Assembly: GCA_965240325.2 (NCBI GenBank)
Contig: OZ251227.1
Span: 186,001 to 250,000, forward strand
DNA from: Rebecca billardiae RCC1528
Lineage: Eukaryota; Protista; Haptophyta
DNA: 64,000 nt
Direction of reading: 5' to 3'
Made by a program: the position numbers and the translations under genes
Part shown: positions 58,009 to 64,000 of the stretch, piece after piece
How the letters are laid out: each line of letters opens with the position of its first letter
Numbering within the stretch: position 1 is the first letter of the stretch
The notes under the pieces: model-generated
Told to the model about the DNA's origin: nothing
Seen by the model: only the letters and a program-made list of their open reading frames with translations
Databases searched by the model: none

Positions 58009-58267
58009 TATATATATAGCTTATATTTCTGACTTATTAGCTTGTAGTCCTCGAGTTCGACTCTGTAGAGTCTGTAGTGTCTCGACGATCAGACTCAGAG
58101 TCAGAGTGACAGTACTAGTAGTCGTCAGGCGAGTCTCTGACTCTGAGTCCGTGACTCTGTGAGACCGTCTGAGAGTACGACCGTCCGGTTGACGGATATA
58201 GACGACGACGCGTTTATTAACTAAATCGACATCGTCGATAATATATATACGACGTTAATAGTATATT

Positions 58268-59561
58268 ATGGCCCGCGGTGCAGGGCGGAGCGCGCAGCGT
58301 GGAGCCCGCACCAGCGGGCCCGAACCACGTTTCAAAAAGATCTTTGATCAAGAAAAAAGGGACGGGGGGCGGCGGAAAAAAAGGGACGGGGGGCGATTTT
58401 TAGGGCTGGCGGAGACCGAGTTTCGAGTTTTTGAGATCGCATTGAGAGGTCTATCAGGCCAAAAAAAAGCGCGCCCAGCTGATTCCCTTAAGTAAAGTGC
58501 GATCTGGACGTCAGCTGGACGTGACATTAGTGTAACGGTTCGTTACGAGCGAATCGTACTCGTCTTCCCGGATCGCGTGACGTCCGGACTGGGCCACATC
58601 CGGATCGTCGGAGGTGACGTGCCCCGGCACGATGGGCGATGGCGGATATGCGGGACGGCGCCTGCACGTGCCTCCGGACCCGCCTCCCGCTTGCTGCTCA
58701 CGCAGTCAGCTGCGACCGTGGCGCATGATCGCAGAAGCAGTGCCGGCAGTACGGCCTGCATCAGCTAGTGCCGCGCCGTCGTGGCGCGCGCGGTACGGTT
58801 GCGCGTTTGCAGCGCTCGCCACTCGCCCTCGGCGACGGCACGCGCGTGCGGCTCAGGTGTGTCAAATGCGGTCTCGTCGGCGCGCTTTCGCCTGCCACCT
58901 CGTGCACCCGTGCCGCCAGTTTCATCGTCTTCATGAGGACTGCTGCTGCTGTCGCCATCCGCTCTCCATCACCCCGAGTCGCCGGTCGCGCGGCGCGCGC
59001 GGTAGGCACTAGGCACGGGGCGTACGGTCACTCACCCGTGCAACGGGTCAAGTGGCCAGAGTACGTCTGGTCGTTGGCTGGCACGGGCCGCAGCGCTAAA
59101 GCACCCTGCTGTCACACCCGACTCCTTCAGTACTCCGAGCTCCGCGGCACGACTCACTCGGCACGATCGCGGACGGGTCGGATCCGAGCTGATCAGCCAG
59201 AGTTGGACACAGTTTGGCAGCTACTAGTAGTAATTCCGATGCCGATGGCACGATCGCGGACGGGTCGGATCCGAGCTGATCAGCCAGTTGGACATTTGGC
59301 AGCTAGTTGTCAGACGGACGTCCGATTTGACGACCGGTGCCGGGTGCGGTCTCAGGTCCGCTGCTGTGATTGTGTGAAGTGTGTGAATGAGTCTCGCGGT
59401 CGCGCAGGCAGGGCGACGGTCGGACTAATATAGCTTCAGTCATCTCAGAACCGACTTCAACTGGCGAACTGCCACTACGGCGGAGAGCCGCGATTGCACG
59501 GCCACCGCGGGCCCCCAACTGCGTTGATTCTATGCAGAAAAGGACCGCGGAACGCGGTCAT
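58268..59561 (+). mobile_element. Non-autonomous Helentron/Helitron2-like element C
   Basis: IR GGCCCGCGGTG (58270-58280 / 59503-59513), hairpin GACCGCG-gaa-CGCGGTC (59543-59559) and ATT; first ~110 bp similar to element B, interior unrelated. Confidence 0.8.
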
Positions 59562-59892
59562 TATTATAATATATTATTATTATTGCCCGGGCCCGGCCCG
59601 GCCGGCCGTCGCCGACGGCCGTGATGCTGCTGCCGATCGGCCTGATCTGATTACGACTTCCGCGTAGTGCGTGATGACTTGATCAGACACCGGCACACCG
59701 CGCAGCCTGCTGAGTGCTGTGGCTGTGATCTGTGCCTGTGGGCTGTGGTGGCCAGGCTGGAGCCACTCCAAGCCCAAGGACAAGGTCAACGACAGAACGT
59801 GCCGCGGCTCGCCACTACAGTCTACAGCACGAGCGCCGCTGCGGCCACTCCGGCACGATGTGCGAGCGCGTCGTTCCCACCCTGCCGCCGCC

Positions 59893-61155
59893 TCAAACAA
59901 CGACAAGCGGCGCGAGCTTCTTCACCAGCAGGCTGCCGACGCCGCTGATGCGCGAGAGGTCGGCTGCACTCTGGAACGGACCCTTGCGCTTGCGATCGTC
60001 CACAATCTTGGCCGCGAGCTGCCGCCCCACGCCGGGCAGCCGCATCAGATCGCTCACCGAGCCGGTGTTGATGTTCACGGTGGACGGGCTCACAGTAGCG
60101 CCGGCGCGCGCGGCGCGCGCGCTGAACTGCGCCGGCGGCGCCGGCGCCGGTGGCTGTGTCTGCGCCAGCGTGGCGGCGCCGCCGCCCCTGGCGCGCTCGG
60201 CGCGCCTGCGCGTGACGGTGGCTGAGAAGATGCTGAGCTCGATCTCGTAGGGGCGCTTGCGGGCGGACCCCGCCGGGCCGTGCTCAGCGGGAGCGACGGG
60301 CTTGCTGCCCGGTGGCCCCACGTTCGAGGCCGTCGCGGCGCCCCAGCCAAGGGCGCTCGTTGCGTGCGCGCCGGGCGCGCCCACCGCCGAGGGCGCGGCC
60401 GAGGCCCCCGGCGTGCTCGCGGCCGCCGGGCTGCCCATGAGCTGCTTGAGCGACTCAACGCGCGCGCGGATGCTCGCTGAGCGCGCGTCGGTTGTGGCGG
60501 GTGCGGACGGCAGCCGCTTGATGCCGGCGCGGGTCTGCGTCGGCAGCGTCGCCTCGACGACGACCACCGTGCCCTTGTCCGCGCCGCTGCCAGGCTTGGC
60601 GCCCTCCTTGCCGCCGCGCCGGCTGGGCGGTGCGGCGCGCTCAGCCGGCAGCTGCATCGGCGGGCATGGCTTTGGCGGGCTGGTCGTCGGCCCGGGGCTC
60701 TCGATTGGTTCCAACGGGTGCTGCAGCTGGCGCGGCGGCGGCGGCGCGACCGGCTCAGCGCCGTGCTCGCGCGCGATCGAGATGACGACCTCGCGCACTC
60801 GCACGGCAGGCTGCCTGGCCGGCGGGGGCGCCTGCGCCGCGGCAGTCTCGGGCGCGGCCAGTGGGTCGGCGGCAGGCTTGTGGTCGAAGCAGTGCATGGC
60901 GCGCCCGCCCTCCGTGGACGAGCAGAAGTACCGCCCGAGCGAGAGCGGCCGACTGCACGCGTCGCACTTGAAGCATGCGCGGTGGATCAGGAGGTCGACA
61001 TCCAGCCCGTCAACGGGCACACGCACGCGGTCGCGCTGAAAGACGGGCTTGGTGCACAGCGCGCACGGCTCGTCGTTGAGCCCACGGGCCGAGCCCAGGT
61101 TCGTGCGGTCGTGCATGTGCTGCTGCTCCACGGCAGCGATGCGGGTGGCGTACAT
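59893..61155 (-). CDS. LIM zinc-binding domain plus C-terminal ComEA-type helix-hairpin-helix DNA-binding domain
   Basis: CALC...HRACFKCDAC...HCFDH; VNINTGSVSDLMRLPGVGRQLAAKIVDDRKRKGPFQSAADLSRISGVG. Confidence 0.85.
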   Translation of the reverse strand: MYATRIAAVEQQHMHDRTNLGSARGLNDEPCALCTKPVFQRDRVRVPVDGLDVDLLIHRACFKCDACSRPLSLGRYFCSSTEGGRAMHCFDHKPAADPLAAPETAAAQAPPPARQPAVRVREVVISIAREHGAEPVAPPPPRQLQHPLEPIESPGPTTSPPKPCPPMQLPAERAAPPSRRGGKEGAKPGSGADKGTVVVVEATLPTQTRAGIKRLPSAPATTDARSASIRARVESLKQLMGSPAAASTPGASAAPSAVGAPGAHATSALGWGAATASNVGPPGSKPVAPAEHGPAGSARKRPYEIELSIFSATVTRRRAERARGGGAATLAQTQPPAPAPPAQFSARAARAGATVSPSTVNINTGSVSDLMRLPGVGRQLAAKIVDDRKRKGPFQSAADLSRISGVGSLLVKKLAPLVVV

Positions 61156-61504
61156 GTCGACGGTGATGCGGTCGCTGACCACGCGTTTCCACGGCGGAGT
61201 GCACCGGCCGTTTCAACGTCGTCACAATCATGTCCGCCCTTGATCCGGCTCTTGAGCGTGACCCAGTCACCCAGAACTTGGTCCGGACTCGATAATTGTT
61301 TGACGACGATGGGCACAAGCCGCTCAATTAGTGCATGTCCTGGTATCATGTCTAAATACACGAAGGCGCGGCTGGACAGCACCAGCGCCGCGCGCAGCGG
61401 AGCACACATAGACATACGCCACTGCTGTGCCGACGCGCTGCTGCTGTGGCATCGCCGCTCTGCACAGAGGAGTATTTGCATCGGACTGCAGGCATGCGCT
61501 CTGA

Positions 61505-62470
61505 CTAGGGCTGGGGCTGGGCTCCGTTGAGCGCGTCCGCGAGCGCCTTGGCGAGAGCCTTGTGCGCCGCGCGCTCGGGCGCCGCCTCCGCGTCGTCGGA
61601 GGCTGCGGCGATGTCCGCAGGAACGAAGCGGAGCTCGTCAAACGGCACGTTCCAGATGGGCTGCGTGCGCAGCTGCTCCTCCGTCGGGCGGAACGCCTCG
61701 ATCTTGGACGCCGCCGCCTCGTCGATGGCCCAGCCGCTCTGTGCCGCCACGCGCGCGGTCGCGGCGCGCGCGCTCTCGATCCGCTCGGGGTCACGCAGAG
61801 GCGCGAGGTCGACGACGGCGGCGTCTTCGACCGCTCCCACGCCGATCTCGAGCCACACGGCGGCGTGCGCGCGCGCGTCGCACAGCTGGCGGAACGTGTT
61901 GAGCAGCGGGCTGCCCTTGCGCTCCTTGCGGTACCCGGTGCCGCGCAGCGAGAGCAGCCCGTAACGCTTCGCGCGCTCGAAGGCGGCGCGCTCGTCCGCG
62001 TTGAGCCGGTGCGGCGTGGCGCGGGAGCCCACGCCGCGCTGCCTCGCGCGCTCGCCCCGCGATATCCGCTCGACGTCGTCCAGGCTGGGCCGCACCTTGT
62101 CGATGTCGCTCACGGACGGCTTGAAGCCCTTCAGGCCCGGCCGCCCGATGCCCTTATTGTTCGGGCTCTTGTCGCGCCGGTCGCGCTTGCGGCGGCGTGG
62201 TGGTGGCACCTCGGCCACGAGCCCGAGCTCGTCCTCGCCCTCCTCCAGCATGATGGACTGCGCGTCCCCCAGCGCGGCGGACGCCGTCCACTCGTCCTCC
62301 AGCGACATGCGCGCGCGCGCGCAGCGCGCTCGGACGGATGTGGCCGGGATCGGCGTGCCCGTGGGCAGCGTGCGTTGCGCCAGCCGCACGCTGCTGCTCC
62401 ACGCGCGGGTCGCTGGTGCGAGTGCCACCAGCATCAGCGCGAATGCGCGAGCGTCGCACGACCAGCGCAT
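61505..62470 (-). CDS. Hypothetical protein, probable plastid-targeted
   Basis: Signal plus transit-like leader; globular-looking core PSLDDVERISRG...PHRLNADER...GYRKERKGSPL. Confidence 0.7.
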   Translation of the reverse strand: MRWSCDARAFALMLVALAPATRAWSSSVRLAQRTLPTGTPIPATSVRARCARARMSLEDEWTASAALGDAQSIMLEEGEDELGLVAEVPPPRRRKRDRRDKSPNNKGIGRPGLKGFKPSVSDIDKVRPSLDDVERISRGERARQRGVGSRATPHRLNADERAAFERAKRYGLLSLRGTGYRKERKGSPLLNTFRQLCDARAHAAVWLEIGVGAVEDAAVVDLAPLRDPERIESARAATARVAAQSGWAIDEAAASKIEAFRPTEEQLRTQPIWNVPFDELRFVPADIAAASDDAEAAPERAAHKALAKALADALNGAQPQP

Positions 62471-62623
62471 CCGCCCGGTCGTTCGCGGCCGTCACAAGAA
62501 CGAGTGTTCGCGAATGTCTCTGCTCACGCCCGCTGACCCGGACTGTGGTCGTGCTGTGGTGAGCAACCCCCGGACGCTTCGGGCTCGGCCGTCCATCGGT
62601 CATCGGCGTTGCCGCGCGTCGCC

Positions 62624-63895
62624 ATGATCGCCCTGCTCGCGCTCGTGCTGGGCGCGCAGCCCGACTTTGGGCGACGCTCCGCGCTGCGCACAGCGGCCAC
62701 GCTGCCTCTCGTGGCACCAATCGCCCGAGCCCCTCCCGCATCCGCGGGAACGCGCGTGCCCACGACGCGCGTCGGCACGCTCGACGTGTCGCAGATCATC
62801 CAGGGTGCGTGCGCGCTGTGCGAGCGGCAGCATCGCGGACGAGACGTATTCGCCTCACGCATACGTGTGTGTACGCGTGCCTTGTGCAAGTAACGTGCGT
62901 GATCGAGCGGCTGAAAGCGTGCTCGCCGCGCACCCTGCCTTGCCGACCGCGCAGGCCACTGGCAGTTGGCTGGCGGCCACGGCAAGTACACAGAGGACGG
63001 GGCGCTGGCGAACATGCGCGCGCACTTCGACGCCGGCATCACCACGTTCGACACCGCCGACATCTACGGCCCCTCCGAGTCCATCGTGGGCAAGTTCGTC
63101 GCCACCGAGCCGCGCGCGACCGTGTGCACCAAGTTCTGCTGCTTCCGAGGCCTCGAGTCGATCGACGCGGCCGAGGTGCGCGCGCGGGTGAAGGCGCAGT
63201 GCGCGCGGCTGCGCGTGCCCTCGTTGCCGCTCACCGCGTTCTTCTGGTCGGACTACCGCACCAAGCGGTACGTCGAGGTCGCGCGCCTCCTCGCCGGCCT
63301 CAAGGCGGAGGGCCTCGTGCAGAACGTGGGCGTGACCAACTTCGACCTGCCGCGGCTCCGGGAGCTGGTGGACGCGGGCGTGCCGGTGGTGAGCAACCAG
63401 GTGCAGCTCTCCGCGCTGGACTCGCGCCCGCTGCAGTCGGGGATGGCCGAGTACTGCGCGCAGAAGAACATCAAGATCCTCGCCTTCGGCACCGTCGGCG
63501 CGGGCATCCTCTCCGAGAAGTACCTGGGCGCGCCCGCGCCCACCCCCTCGGCGCAGTACGAGGGCGGCTCGTCGCTGCAGATGTACTCGGCGACCGCGTC
63601 GCGCTTCGGCCCGTGGAGCCTGGTGCAGGAGCTGCTCGGCACGATGGACGACATTGCGAAGGCGCACCCCGGCGCCTCCATCGCCAACGTCGCGCAGCGG
63701 TACGTGCTGCAGTGCTCCCCGGCGGTGGGCGGGCTGATCGTGGGCGTGCGCAACTCGAGGCACATCGCTGACAACGTGCGCACCTTCAGCTTCGAGCTGA
63801 CGGACGCGGAGATGGCGCGGCTGCGCGCGGTGATCGACAAGCGCTCGGGCCCGCGGGGCGACGTGTGGGACCTCGAGCGCGGCAACCCGGTGTGA
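62624..63895 (+). CDS. Aldo-keto reductase with signal-like leader (intron 62805-62954)
   Basis: IIQG|HWQLAGGH after splicing, TTFDTADIYGPSE, CTK, VGVTNFD, SNQVQLS, IVGVR. Confidence 0.92.
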
Positions 63896-64000
63896 GACCA
63901 AGCAGCGCACCGGCATCATCGTTCTTGCGCGCCCATTGCTGCCAGCAGTAGTGCGGAACGAGGCAGCGGGCGGCGCTGTGGCTGAGTGTGGCAGTAGACC

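Overview
Very GC-rich eukaryotic nuclear DNA. Short GT-AG introns begin GTGCG/GTGTG, and long TA/TG/GA microsatellites are frequent. Several proteins have signal-peptide-like leaders, so an alga such as a haptophyte is a plausible source; this is inference only. About 17 host genes are supportable: class-3 lipase (partial), sulfotransferase-like, TupA-like ATP-grasp, NTMT1-like methyltransferase, Orai-like channel, two 2OG-Fe(II) oxygenases, STI1 protein, polyQ C2-WW, FHA, GNAT-PhzF fusion, LIM-ComEA fusion, aldo-keto reductase, an H-NOX protein and unknowns. These are interleaved with many mobile elements. Highlight 1: an H-NOX heme/NO sensor fused not to a guanylate cyclase but to a TIR/HET-like domain that retains the WCxxE glutamate (50502-55277), a candidate gas-gated TIR enzyme. 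Highlight 2: an uninterrupted ~2700-aa Helitron/Helentron-type Rep-PIF1 helicase with an N-terminal Ulp1/SUMO-protease-like domain, preceded by a near-perfect 450-bp-arm palindrome whose diverged outer arms are split by a nested TIR element. Highlight 3: three cargo-carrying non-autonomous elements sharing a subterminal-IR plus 3'-hairpin architecture with compensatory changes. Also present: a head-to-tail element dimer with ATG at all junctions, two foldback elements, and TG..CA elements embedded in microsatellites. All domain calls are from motif recognition by eye; no searches were run.
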